NCBI GenBank assembly: GCA_951406725.2
Contig: OX597817.1
Coordinates: 118,916,001 to 118,980,000, forward strand
Source: Octopus vulgaris
Taxonomy: Eukaryota
Direction of reading: 5' to 3'
DNA length: 64,000 bases
Shown here: one piece after another, positions 1-12,838 of the stretch
Numbering within the stretch: position 1 is the first letter of the stretch
Layout: each line of letters opens with the position of its first letter
Position numbers and translations under genes: made by a program
The notes under the pieces: generated by a model
What the model saw: the letters and a program-made list of their open reading frames with translations, nothing else
Told to the model about the DNA's origin: nothing
Databases searched by the model: none

Positions 1-177
1 TGATGTCTTTTAACACCATTAGCTATTAAATATAGCCACTGTCTTTTTATCACTATTTTTTAATTAATTAATTAATCAACTACAAATTCACATTCTACTC
101 TACTTGAATGAGTCTGTGTCCTGAATTCTGCTGTCACTACTTTGACTGAAGTGTACATATACACGCATGCATGTGTG

Positions 178-235
<58 letters not shown>

Positions 236-237
<2 letters not shown>

Positions 238-560
238 TCTCTTTTACTTGTTTCAGTCATGTGACTGTGGCCATGCTGGAGCACCGCCTTTAGTCGATCA
301 CATCGACCCCAGGACCTATTCTTTGTAAGCCTAGTACTTGTTCTATCGGTCTCTTTTGCCGAACCGCTAAGTTACAGGGGACATATACACACACCAGCAT
401 CAGTTGTCAAGCGATGTTGGGGGACAAACACAGACACACAAACATATACACACACATACATATATATGACAGGCTTCTTTTCAGTTTCCGTCTACAATAT
501 CCACTCACAAGGCTTTGGTCAGCCCAAGGCTATAGTAGAAGACACTTGCCCAAGGTACCA
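236..560 (-). mobile_element. SINE family A, 5'-truncated copy
   Basis: Matches copies at 2643, 7812 and 26081 (CTCTTTTACTTGTTTCAGTCA...AGAAGACACTTGCCCAAGG). The tail abuts (TA)n at 182-234. Confidence 0.85.
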
Positions 561-598
561 GTAGTTTTATCTCTAATTTAATATATATATATATATAT

Positions 599-1012
599 TC
601 TTTTTATTCTTGTACATGTTTCAGTCATTTGACTGTGGCCATGCTGAAGCACTTACATAAAGGGCTTGTTAATCAAACGAATAAACCTCAAGACTTATTC
701 TTTGTAAGCATAGCACTTATTCTATCGGTCTTTTTTGCTGAACCTCTAAGTTACGGGGGACATAAACACAACACCATCGGTTGTCAAGTGATGGTGGGGG
801 GATAAACAGACAAAAGAACACACATAAATAGAAATATATATATATATATATACACAATGGGCTTCTCTCAGTTTCCGTCTAGCAAATCCACTCACAAGGT
901 TTTGGTTGACCTGAGGCTACAGTAGAAGATACTTGCCCAATGTGACATGCAGTAGGACTGAACCCAGAGCCATGTGGTTGGGAAGCAAGCTTCTTACCAC
1001 ACAGCTATGCCT
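599..1012 (-). mobile_element. SINE family A, full length, diverged
   Basis: Same tail, internal (CA/TA) microsatellite and tRNA-like head as the other A copies. Confidence 0.85.
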
Positions 1013-1462
1013 ATACATGTATATATGTAAGTGTATGCACCCATCCACACATGAGTGAGCATTGATACAAAACTAAAGCTAATGAAACAACAGATGCTAT
1101 TGCTATAACAAGTATGATAGCAATGATAGTCAAAGAGAGAGTGTATACATGATTGATAGAAATATCAGTCAATATATCCTCAAATAACACCATATTGTCT
1201 TTGGAAAAATTGTATCACTGCAAACTTTGTATCTGATTTGCTTGAACTACTTTTCTTTCGAAATCTCTTAATCTCCTCCTCAGACCTACCTTTAGTATTT
1301 ACTTTGTGTTTGTATTGCTTATTATATTTTAAGATTTTTTACAACTGAATACAAAGTCATTGCAAATGAGAGTTAGTGACTATCACAATCAACGATTTCA
1401 ATGAAATTTTATCGTTAATCAAAGACTTGATGAAGTAAAAAAAAAGTATATATATATATATA

Positions 1463-1494
<32 letters not shown>

Positions 1495-1526
1495 TATACA
1501 TAAATACAAATATATATATATATATA

Positions 1527-1749
1527 CAGGGTGCAGCAGAAATAACGCCCTTTTTGCATTAAATAAATTTTATAGCATATAAATGTTTATTGAGTAATTT
1601 TTTGTTGAACACAAATTTATTGCATTACTTAAAAAAATGAATAATAAACTAATGAAAAAAATTGCAGAAATTTTAGGAAATAAAAAAGAAATTCAAGTAG
1701 AAACTAGAAATCTCAAATACAAAAAGGAAGTTACTTCTGCCACACCCTA
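1527..1749. mobile_element. Tc1/mariner-type MITE
   Basis: Imperfect ~30-bp TIRs: CAGGGTGCAGCAGAAATAACGCCCTTTTTG versus the reverse complement of the right end, TAGGGTGTGGCAGAAGTAACTTCCTTTTTG. Inserted after TA, with an AT-rich non-coding interior. Confidence 0.75.
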
Positions 1750-1771
1750 TGTGTATGTATATATATGTATA

Positions 1772-2043
1772 TCATCATTATCTTTTAACGTCCATTTTCC
1801 GTGCTAGCATGGGTTGGACTGTTCGACCGGGGTCTGGGAAGGCTGCATCAGGCTCCAGTCTGATCTGGCAGTGTTTCTACAGCTGGATGTCCTTCCTAAC
1901 GCCAACCACTCTGTGAGTGTAGTGGGTGCTTTTTACATGCCACTGGCACAGGTGCCAGGGGAGGCTGGCAGTGGCCACGATCGGTTGGTGCTTTTTACAT
2001 GCCACCGGCACAGAAGCCAGTCAAGGCAGCACTGGCATCGGCC
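1772..2043 (-). mobile_element. SINE family C (RTE-type tail ending in (GAT)n), 5'-truncated
   Basis: CATCATTATC TTTTAACGTCCATTTTCCGTGCTAGCATGGGTTGGAC...CTACAGCTGGATG; matches copies at 12020, 30676, 36633 and 54612. Confidence 0.8.
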
Positions 2044-2642
2044 ATAAATTTCTTTGATTTGTCTCTCATAGAAATTAACATTTTCAAAGGAGATATCTGA
2101 GCTTGTCCTACTCAACTGCAATATAAGATAAACAGTATTTTGAATGAAATGACACTAAACATATCCATATTTCACTCATACATAGGTAGCTGGCCAATCC
2201 AAAAGATGCCTGTTAAATATAAGCTCAATATTACACCAAGAAATTTACACTGAATTGACACAAGAGAAACTACATTAGCCAAAAAACAATACATAATAAT
2301 TTTACTTTTATATTTTTTTGCTTTACTCAAAGAGCAACATAAAAGAAGCTAACTAATAATATATATGTGTTAGACACCAACCATCAACAAAACACAAACT
2401 AACACTTTCATGTGTTTCAGTTCTACCTCTCAAAGCAGTCTTCAAAGCAAGGTAGTAGGTGTTAAAGCCACAAAATCTTTGTTTCAATTACACATAATAC
2501 AACAATTATTGAAGCTAGTGTGACACATCTAATGTATACAACAAAGAAAAAAAAATGGGTATTAACACTATTAATATGATGATTTCGGTGAGATGAATTA
2601 ATGCATAACAATGTTCTAAGCTGGCTTGGAGGAAGTTGTACT

Positions 2643-2844
2643 ACTCTTTACTTGTTTCAGTCATTTGACTGCGGCCATGTTGGAGCACTGCCTTTAGTCG
2701 AGCAAATCGCCCCCGGGACTTATTCTTTGTAAGCCCAGTACTTATTCTATCGGTCGCTTTTGCCGAACTGCTAAGTGACGGGGACGTAAACACACCAGCA
2801 TCGGTTGTCAAAGGGGACAAACACAGACACACAAACACACACAC

Positions 2845-2891
<47 letters not shown>

Positions 2892-3057
2892 TACAACAGG
2901 CTTCTTTCAGTTTCCGTCTACCAAATCCACTCACAAGGCATTGGTCGGCCCAGGGCTATAGCAGAAGACACTAGCCCAAGATGCCACGCTGTGGGACTGA
3001 ACCTGGAACCATGTGGTTGGTTAGCAAGCTACTTACCACACAGCCACTCCTGCACCT
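2643..3057 (-). mobile_element. SINE family A, full length (tRNA head plus CORE-like segment)
   Basis: On the minus strand: A-box-like TGGCTGTGTGG, B-box-like GGTTCAGTCCC, then a CTTGGGCAAGTG-type CORE-like motif, an internal microsatellite and a (GTAAAAGA)n-type tail. Confidence 0.88.
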
Positions 3058-5304
3058 ACTAGAAAACTTCTTTCAATGATTTTGGTAAATGTGGTATGCA
3101 AGATGCTAATTCTTCTAATATTGTTATTCTTAAAGATCAGATATGACATTTTTTTCTATTTTTAAACAATGTAGGCTGATGCTAACAATGTTATCTTAAA
3201 GAAGGACATTGACACAAAAGAAATGGTTGAATGTACATTTATGTTTCTGGGTTCAAATCCTGCCAGGTTTTATGTTGCCTTTTTATCTTTCTGAAGTTGG
3301 CAATATAACATCAGGCATGAGCTGGAGTTGATTTAATCAACTACCCTTTCCCTATGAATTTGTGCCTTATAGTGAGAAATCAATATGCAAACTTTAATGA
3401 TCCAATGTAATACTTTTTAATTCTAAAAGGATTCAAATCCTGAGATCAATAATGTACCTATACAACCAATATATTATATTGATTTCTAAAACTGACACAA
3501 AACAAGGCTATTTTCGTTATTAACTTTGTTTTATTGTTTCTTTTTTTTTTTTTCTATTTGGTGGTGGTGAAGAGGAAATTTTTTTCATCTTAACCTCAGT
3601 ACTTAATCGGTGAAAAACAAAACCAGTCTCTTGTGGGATTTGAGCCAAGAAAATTAAAGGGACATAACTAAACATTGCAACGGCATTTCAATCAATGTTC
3701 TACTGATTGTACCATCCATCAAACCTCATCCAATAAACTATATAAATATATTATTCCAGTTACCAATTACTAGAATTACTGAATTATTATGTTCTATTCT
3801 TTCACCTCTTTATGTCAATTTTCCAATAATTTAAATTACTTTCCAATTGGTTGGATTGTTTGAAAATCCACATGAATGCACATATTCACAAATTGACAAA
3901 AGCAAACATTTCACAATTGGATAACCTCTCTAACGTCATCCAACCATGAATGATCGTATTTTTCAACTGAGGTGAAAATACCCATGGGCTCATTCAATGA
4001 CATTTCAAAACATCTGAGTCAGTATAACCAGCACTTTAACCACACAGCATTGATATTACATCTACTTTTATCTATTTCGTTTGCTATTTTTTTTCTCTCA
4101 ACTCTTTTATTCCATCTAAAAGAAGTTTCAATAATCAAACAAAAACAAAATGTTATCAACACTTAAAATCACAAATAAAATTCATAAGATTGTTAGAGAT
4201 TTCCCCCCCCCCCCCCTCTTCTTTCTAAGGTTTTAATATTAGTAATGTATGAAGTAACAGCAACTATTTGAAGTATTAAAACATCTTTTATTTGCAGACA
4301 TCTTGATATTCCTTTGCTTTCCATTTAAAAGACAATTTTAACAAAAGCGAAAAACAAAATAAAATATATAAGGTAAAATTAAAACTAGTTTAGTTATCAG
4401 TCAGTAACTACAAAAATCCTTGTAATCATCCACAGTTGCTTTTTGAAGATATCTACTTCATTTCATTTGATATTGTACAAAGCTAACATCTTAACAACAT
4501 CTAAACTGAAAAATTCATGAATAAATACAAAATAAAAAGAAAATAATGGTAGCTTTTTTTTTCTCTCTCTCTTTCTCTCTCTAGTAGCAGCTTGCTTTTG
4601 TAGTTGTCATTGTTTTACTTGTTTCTTCTATGAATATTTGTTTCTATATGAATATTTCATTCACATTATTTCTATCTAATCCTAGGAACTGGAAATCACA
4701 ATGGAATATGTAAAAACTGAATCCCAGGCTGAATGAGAATGTAATAAAATGCAAAACAATAACAACTAGTCTAAAAACAAAATCTGTTTATTTATTGCAG
4801 TTACTTGAAGATAAAAGACAATCAATAATTACTATAGAGATTAAATAACTTGATTTTCATTTATCAGTTTCCCTTGCTTTTTATGCAACAACCATAATGC
4901 AATGATTATAAGCATGATAAGAAAGTGGAGGGTGGCAATGCTGGTTGGAAAAGTGATAGTGATATCCCTGAGTAACACATGGAAATGCATTGTCATAAAC
5001 CTAGTACTGATCAGTCACCATCAGAAGCTGTTATAGCTTGAAATTATAAAATATTTATGATAAAAATCAAAGAATTGCCATAGAATGAGGAAGTAGCTAC
5101 ACATTTATAGAACAAACTAGACAACAAGGGATGAAATAAGTTTTATGACCAAGTTGACACTATATTAAGATGTATGAAAGAATGCTGTTCTATTGACATG
5201 TAAGTATACTAGCATTAGGATAAAAACGCAATATAACAAAAGGATTTGAACATATTTTGTTGTATCTTGGGAGGCTTGAATCTTCCTCAACGAGCTACAT
5301 AGTA

Positions 5305-5563
5305 CAGTCATGACCAAAAGTTTGGAACATAGGTCTGGAAATGAGAAATTTTGATATTAAATGCCCTAGTTATATTTAATTTGCAATTTGAAATATATTA
5401 TTATTTGGCGAAAAGTTTGGAACATAGGTCTGAAAATTAGAATTGAACCATTGGATCAGTTATTAGGTAAGTATAACTATGTTGTATATATTTAAATTGA
5501 ATTGTACTCAGGCATAAAAATTTTTATTTTTTAAAAAATGTTCCAAACTTTTGGCTATGACTA
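5305..5563. mobile_element. Tc1-like MITE with an internal copy of the TIR motif
   Basis: TA|CAGTCATGACCAAAAGTTTGGAACA ... TGTTCCAAACTTTTGGCTATGACTA (25-bp imperfect TIR). AAAAGTTTGGAACATAGGTCTG is directly repeated at ~5316 and ~5411. Confidence 0.75.
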
Positions 5564-5996
5564 TGTTCAAAATACATATTTCATATTTAAGTTGAAAATC
5601 TTGGACAAAATGTTCCACAATCATTGTAAGATGGCCAAAACTAACATTTCTGATCAATAAGTAATCTCTGTGAGACAGACCTGCTCAAACAAAAGTAACT
5701 TATGTGAATTAACAGTGAAAGAAACATCATTTCCCTTTTAATGACATGGAAATTAGTGCTATGCCAAAATATTTTCCTGTCTAACAAGCAAATTATGTGA
5801 TAAAATTTCATACTAAAGAAATGATGAGCAATACCAAAAGAATCTATCTAAAGAAAAATAAATGTTGACAGCATTATATGCAGCTAAAGTTGGAACCAAA
5901 TAAATTTGTAACAAACATGTGATCATGGGATAATGTCTATATATGTAGCAAGAAAGCGATGCAAAGAAACAAGAGATTGGGTCTTTTAAAATTTCG

Positions 5997-6041
<45 letters not shown>

Positions 6042-6578
6042 ACTTCCAATGAAAACTAGAAATACCATGCTATATTAAAGACTTCAAAATATACAGACTC
6101 TATAATATAAAGCTGCACAGGAAAACTATGAAATAAATAAAATCTATTATTTGACAGTTGTTTGATACGATGACAGTATAATGTAGAATTCAAAGTATTA
6201 TAGATGTTTCACATGAAATATTGATTTAAAAAAAAAAAAAGTTACTTAGAAGAAAACAAGAGGGAAAAAAATTTTTTGCAGAATGAATAATAAAAAGCAG
6301 AATATCACAAGAAATATATTATTGGTTAGAAATATATTTGCAAAAATCATAAGGTTTGGGTATATTTTGTGCTGTAGTAAACTCAGAAAATTTGTTCTTT
6401 TATTTTATTTTATTTTATTTTATTTTTTTTTCAGCTTTGGAAATTCATTCGGTAATTGTTATATTAAGATCAAAGTCTTATATACATAAATAATATCTAT
6501 ATCATACTTTGATTCACGGAGATTAAAATCAACAAATACAATAGACAAAGTCAGTGTAGCAAACTATCACATTAAATT

Positions 6579-6609
<31 letters not shown>

Positions 6610-7811
6610 AACAAATCTGTTTAAAAAAAACCTTCTGAGAAAATGCAATGAAAATGTCTAAGTGCAAATAATGATTCCTGGTGAAAAGTAGTTCAAGAAT
6701 CCTTAAGTAACTACTTATGCTAAAGCCAATCTCACATATCATATAGAAACAAAGCTAACAATATGCTTAACTTGGTCAGCTTAATCCATTTCCCCTGTCA
6801 ATATATGTTAGGATTAAATGAGATGGCTGGTGAGTAACTTACAATAAGCAATATTTACATCTATTAATGGAACATAGCTATTATTCAGAAGCAACTTGTC
6901 AAATTGCAGCTTACATCAAATCTTGCACTTCGTCAAAAGAAAACTTAAGTTATTCGTCTTACTGTGGTTGAAGTTGGAGACCTCTCAAATAACATTAGCT
7001 ACATTCAGTGCATATACATCTATACACACACACGTACATATACACACACACACACAAACATATACATTGTGTATGTATATATATGTATCTACATCTATCT
7101 ATCTCCATATGCGAGTGTGAGTGTCTGTATGTGTGTGTGGATGAGTGTCTGTATGTTTGTGAGTGTCTATGTGTATGAGTGTCTGTATGTGTGAGTGTTC
7201 CTATATGTGTGTGTGAGTGTGTGGATGTGAGTGTGTGTGTGTGTGGATGTGTGTGTGTGTGTGTGTGGATGAATGCGTGCATGTGTGTATGCATATATGT
7301 GTAATTATGTCTATACTTTCATGGTGTTATATTTGATCGACATTAATATTATATCACTCATTCTCTTTAAGGTATTTTAAACTTTGTGAAGGTCACCATT
7401 TATGTGCACATTTTAAAGCAAATGTTTCCTGATTATATATTTGTAGCACAATATTAAATCTAATGCTCTGATATTTATTTCAGAAAATATATTCCCTAAA
7501 GAGAGGGATCATGACAGTTCAAGGCTTCAATGGAATTACTAATCTAGAGCAGTATGCTACATCACAACTTAATACTCATTTACAGCTAAGAGGATTTACC
7601 CAGGCAAGAGTAAGATCTTATGTCTATCTACAGCATAAATGAAGGGGTACAAACAAGTGATCTTTCATCAAGTAGGTCAGCATTCTTAAAATGAAAGACA
7701 TACAACAACAGCACTAAATACCATGTCGCAATTTGTAAATCTGCCATTCTTGTTTTAGTATGGAACAATGAACATGAATGGATATTGCAGAGCGATCTGA
7801 TTTGAGATTAC

Positions 7812-8215
7812 ACTCTTTTACTCTTTTACTTGTTTCAGTCATTTGACTACGGCCATGCTGGAGCACCGCCTTTAATCGAGCAACTTGACCCCGGGACTTA
7901 TTCTTTGTAAGCCCAGTACTTATTCTATCAGTCTCTTTTGCCGAACCGCCAAGTGACAGGGACATAAACACACCATCGGTTGTCAAGCAATGCTAGGGGG
8001 ACAAACACAGACACACAAACATACATGCACACATATATATATACATATATACGACGGGCTACTTTCAGTTTCCGTCTACCAAATCCACTCACAAGGCTTT
8101 GGTCGGCCCGGGGCTATAGCAGAAGACACTTGCCCGAGGTGCCACGCAGTGGAACTGAACCTGGAACCATGTGGTTGGTAAGCAAGCTACTTACCACACA
8201 GCCACTCCTGCACCT
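7812..8215 (-). mobile_element. SINE family A, full length
   Basis: Near-identical to 2643-3057. Confidence 0.88.
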
Positions 8216-9291
8216 ATTGAATTCAGATGTATTAAAATTGTACTTTTTTTTAGCAGATAGTCAGATATTATCTTACACCAAGATTCACCAAGTTGAGAAC
8301 ACTGTGTAACATTAGTTTTTGTCCATGGGTAGCGACTGTTATTTCCTATTTGCTTACCCCTAGAAAATATGAAAAATGGCTAATATTTCTTTCAAACTTT
8401 GTTTTTGTTACATTTGGTCAAACTCCAAAAAGTCCCTCTCAACACATGGCTATGATGCTCCCTCACTATTCCAGCTCATGATCAGAGATGCACTTATTGT
8501 CAGCCACAAAGAGACCATGCTCAATTGGTTAAGGTCAAGCAATTGATAAGCAAATTGAGCAGAATATTTGCTATAAGAATATTTCAGCTTCAACAACTCA
8601 GTGCTGAATCTGTCTGAAATGTAATAGAAAACAGGTGAGTTTCAAAACATTGATGTCCAGGTCACAAAAGCAAAGTGTGAAGGGAATAGTAGTCATTTCC
8701 TTTGATTTCTAGATAGAAGTAAATAAGAAATAACACGTACTGACAACAAACAAAGACAAAAAAGAAAGATTTTGTTACACAGTGTAACAAACCAATGAAG
8801 GCACTTCTATGTGGTTACTTAACCAGTTAGAAACAGCAGCAAAACAACTCTCAAACCACACACTACCATCTCACAAAAGAAATGAAGGACACACTGAATA
8901 AGAAGAATGATCATAGTTAGAAAGCCTTTGATTAGAACCGATGACCTGGAGCTAAAAAAGCAATGATGGGGAGTTTCATATTACACTGAATCACAGAGGC
9001 ATCACTGAATGCATATTTTACCTTTATATAGTTTATCTGAGTTACATCCAAAAGGTAATGAATCATAGGACAGCGAGTTAATAAAAGACTCATTAATTTT
9101 ACCATGCAGCCATTGTTTACACTGAATTGTTAATCTATTTATACTAAGATGGATTAGATTGCTTGAATGTTATTTCTTGGCTCCTGAAACAATATAGCAC
9201 CAGAACCAGGATAGGATTTGCTGAACGTTTGGTTCTCTATTACCATATTAGCTGAAACAGTAATATTTTCCCTTTGGAAATAAGTGTATGG

Positions 9292-9835
9292 CATAGGTGC
9301 AGACATGGCTGTGTGGTTGAGAATTTTGTTTCCTAAACTCATGGTCTTAGGTTCAGTCCCACAGCATAGCACCTCGGCTTAGTGTTTTCTACTATAGTTC
9401 TGGGATGATGAGTAAAAAATGACAACTAGAAAAGGAAGTTGTTACTAGACAAAAAAAGGTACCCTTATTTTCTTTTTATTTTGTATTTATCCATGAATTT
9501 CAAAAAGCAACTGTGAATAATTACAAGGATTTTTGCAGTTACTGAGTGGATTTAGTTGACAGAAACTGAAAGAGGCCTGTATGGTTATGTGGGTGTTTGT
9601 ATCTCCTTGTCTTCATATCACATGATAGTTGTTAACAAGTGTCACCATCGTACAAGCAGTGTCCTTCATTTCCAATCTTCCATAAAACCCTGTTTGGCCA
9701 AGAGGAATTATTACCTTAGTTGGAAACAGATGAAAAATAGAGATAAGAAGGGTATACTGCTGTAGAAAATCTGCCTGAACAAATACCAATTGATCCTTGG
9801 AAGCATAGAAAAGTTGGTATGAAAATGATGGTGAT
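9292..9835 (+). mobile_element. Old chimeric SINE: family A head plus RTE-type (family C) tail, interrupted
   Basis: GCAGACATGGCTGTGTGGTT...GGTTCAGTCCCAC head. Resumes near 9540 (GAGTGGATTT...GAAACTGAAAGA) and ends in CTGTAGAAAATCTGCC...GCATAGAAAAG...ATGATG. Confidence 0.6.
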
Positions 9836-10587
9836 AGTTTCAACAGATATTGGATACATTCTGGATCACGGACACGTGATGAAACACTTTTGTGCAATCT
9901 GTACATCATAAATCACTAATTATAAATACTCATTAACACCATAAGTCAGATTTCCTGTCAAAGAATGAAATATTTCTATTTGAAATATATTTCTTATTGA
10001 AGTATCCAGCTTGTGATATATAAATGATGATGAGGTTCATGATGATGATGATGATGATGATACAAAAATCATTCAGAAGAATTAATGATAATGATTAATG
10101 ATAATCATGATAAGAAAAATGAAGAGGAAGAAAGGATGACCAAGAAAATGAAGACCACTTTTGATGATTTCTTTTTTGTAGATAACGAATCTAATTGGCA
10201 CTGATGATTTACATTGATGTTGATGTTGATAATGATGATGATGATTTGCATATATAATGATGACAACAATGGCAGCAGTGATGAGAACAGTGATTTACAT
10301 AAAGCACGAGAGAGATGATGTGGTGGAGGAAATGGAAAGAAAGGGAAAGGAATAATTTCAAAGTGTTCAAAGCAAACCGCAGGAGGCAGGGAAAAATCCT
10401 TTTTCAAACGTTGTAGAATTTTGTCAAAAGTAGATATAGAGAAAGAGAAAAAAACCAGAAATATTTATTCAATAATGTACACTTCTGTTCCCATAGATGC
10501 TATTTATTACAAATATTCCACAATTTGTTATATATACATATCTATACCTATCTGCCTGCCTGCCTGCCTACCTACCTACCTACATAG

Positions 10588-10647
<60 letters not shown>

Positions 10648-10680
10648 GCATCTATCTATGCATCTATCTATCTATCTATC
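10588..10680. repeat. (TATC)n microsatellite
   Basis: Read directly from the sequence. Confidence 0.95.
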
Positions 10681-10915
10681 TTTTCTTTTGTTCCTTTTCC
10701 TTTTCTTTTTTTTTCATTTTATTCTTTTTATTTTTTATTTTATTTATTTATTTTTTTTTTGTTCTTTTCTTCCCTTTTACGATCCCTCTTGATCGAAAAC
10801 CTATGCCACCCCCTTTTTTTTCTTTTGTTTTTTGTTTTTTTCATCCCCCAAAAGAAAAGCTCTACCTTGTAACTTGTCCCATCTGTGTGCAGCCCAGTGT
10901 GGCCAATAAAGAAAC
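10681..10915 (+). mobile_element. Probable 3' UTR stub of a non-LTR retrotransposon, flanked by (TATC)n
   Basis: T-rich segment ending TTGTCCCATCTGTGTGCAGCCCAGTGTGGCCAATAAAGAAA, with (TATC)n on both sides. The last 41 nt align without gaps to the SINE B1 tail. Confidence 0.5.
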
Positions 10916-11514
10916 TTATCTATCTATCTGTATAAACACACAGACACACACACAAGTCTGCCAACTTTTGATATAATACATACATTAAACCAATCTACCT
11001 CACATTGAATGCTATACTAAATAATGCTTCCACTAAGTAAATAATATTTTTTATATACTTTACAACCACATATCATGCACACAGACACATATATATATAC
11101 ATATATACACACACACGCACACATATATATATACATATATACATACATATGTTTACATACACACATATTACTTAAAGACACACACAAATATATATCATCC
11201 TCATTTAACGTCCATTTCCCATACTCACATTGGTTGGGAAACATCCATTTCCCATACTGGCTTGGGTTGGACCATATATACAATGAAATAACAAAATAAA
11301 TAAAGTTCCTAAATTCGTTTAAATTGACATTTCCAGACTATCTCAGCAACATAATCAGGACATGAAGAGGAAATGACTTCTGTCAAACCTATTTGAAAGT
11401 AGGTGACTTTCTTCTGCACACTTTACAATCAAGTTATGTCTAACTAATGCTGACACACATACATACACACCTCTCCCTCAATACTCCCTCAGTCAAAAGG
11501 CTTATTTTGTGGGC

Positions 11515-11702
11515 TACTCGGTGACCTCACTAGTGGTGTTGACATGAAGAGGCTACTAGCACACTCTGTAAAATGGTTGGTATTAGGTAGGGCAACCAGC
11601 TGCAGGAAACTTGCCAAAAGAGACATTGGAGTTTTCCGACATGTTGGTTCCTGTCAAACCATCCAACCCATGCCAGCATGAAATGTGAACCTAAATGATG
11701 AG
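11515..11702 (+). mobile_element. SINE family C 3' part, diverged
   Basis: TGGTTGGTATTAGG..GGGCAACCAGCTG...AAACCATCCAACCCATGCCAGCATG...TAAATGATG, followed by (TA)n. Confidence 0.7.
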
Positions 11703-11786
11703 AATTATATATATATATATATAACCGGAAGAAATATCACTATGCATTTTGTCCGATGCAGTCACATTCTACGTCACGCTGATATA

Positions 11787-11964
11787 TAGATCCATAGCCA
11801 TTACACACAATTTTTTTTCTCTCCTTGTTTCTTTCTGTGTTCCTTTCTGTGGAAGAGCATAGGCTCGAAACATTAAAGACTTTTTCTATTCCCGAGTGTT
11901 ATGCTAATACATTTGTTTGTTTTCTACACCACTTGTTTTCATCTTTTGTTTATTTCATGAATTC

Positions 11965-11968
<4 letters not shown>
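11787..11968 (+). mobile_element. Penelope-like terminal-repeat stub with a hammerhead-like motif
   Basis: Second copy at 45620-45808. Contains CTGTGGA-A-GAGC-ATAG-GCTC-GAAAC and ends in (TA)n. Confidence 0.55.
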
Positions 11969-12018
<50 letters not shown>

Positions 12019-12019
12019 T

Positions 12020-12235
12020 GCCTGACTGGCCCTTGTGCCAGTGGCACGTAAAAGCACCCACTACACTCTTGGAGTGGTTGGTATTAGGAAAGGCATCCAG
12101 CTGTAGAAACTCTGCCAGATCTGATTGGAGCCTGGTGCAGCCATGTGGTTCGCCAGTCCTCAGCCAAATCATCCAAACCACGCTAGCATGGAAAGTGGAT
12201 GTTAAGCGATGACGATGATTATGATGATAACGATG
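12020..12235 (+). mobile_element. SINE family C, 5'-truncated, within (TA)n
   Basis: GGAGTGGTTGGTATTAGGAAAGGCATCCAGCTGTAGAAAC...CTAGCATGGAAAGTGGATGTTAAGCGATGACGATG. Confidence 0.8.
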
Positions 12236-12452
12236 ATATATATATATAAATATGACTATGTAAATATGTAGGTACTGACATGGAAAGATGTGATCAACTG
12301 TATATTAAAACATGGATATGTAAATCTCAGTTCTCCTAATCTATCAATATATATATATATATATATATTCATATAAAAATATATATATTCATATAAAAAT
12401 ATATATGTATATTTATAAATGCACACATATATGAATATGTGTACATGTACAC

Positions 12453-12509
<57 letters not shown>

Positions 12510-12520
12510 CACACATATAC

Positions 12521-12576
<56 letters not shown>

Positions 12577-12799
12577 GAAAAAACAAGTCAAGATAGAAAA
12601 TGCTAAAATAATTTTATAAAGAACATTTCAGTACCGGTTTCGGTCATTTGAGACCTTTTTAATTGTAACAATTAAAAAATTAAATTTAGAAAAATTAAAA
12701 GAAAAGTTTTTTTTAAAAGAATAGTTGTATAGTGTTCAAATATAAGTGGCATTTCCCTTGTTTCTGCCTTTCTCTGTCTCTCTTGTGGGTTCAAGGTCC

Positions 12800-12800
<1 letters not shown>
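12577..12800 (-). mobile_element. Second Penelope-like stub with a decayed minimal hammerhead
   Basis: Minus strand TTAAAAA-GGTC-TCAAAT-GACC-GAAA-CCGGTA (stem II plus palindromic stem III), with (TA)n on both flanks. Confidence 0.45.

Positions 12801-12838
<38 letters not shown>

Noticed and set aside
1011-1193. 60-aa hydrophobic ORF resembling a transmembrane peptide
   Set aside because: T-rich DNA readily gives hydrophobic ORFs, the ORF ends at a SINE boundary, and there is no other support.
2044-2115. Minus-strand exon candidate LSRTSSDISFENVNFYERQIKEIY
   Set aside because: There is a reasonable acceptor, but the frame runs into a SINE C copy with no donor.
2641-8309. Recurrent ORFs (MSGFGRRKLKEA, LLSVSVYQIHSQG, PERMKGKVDLGGI) suggesting a protein family
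   Set aside because: They are readings of multicopy SINE A and B sequence.
8285-8580. Segment resembling a DNA-transposon remnant (also 27840-27960 and 44690-45060)
   Set aside because: No TIRs, second copy or translatable motif in the window, so it cannot be classified.
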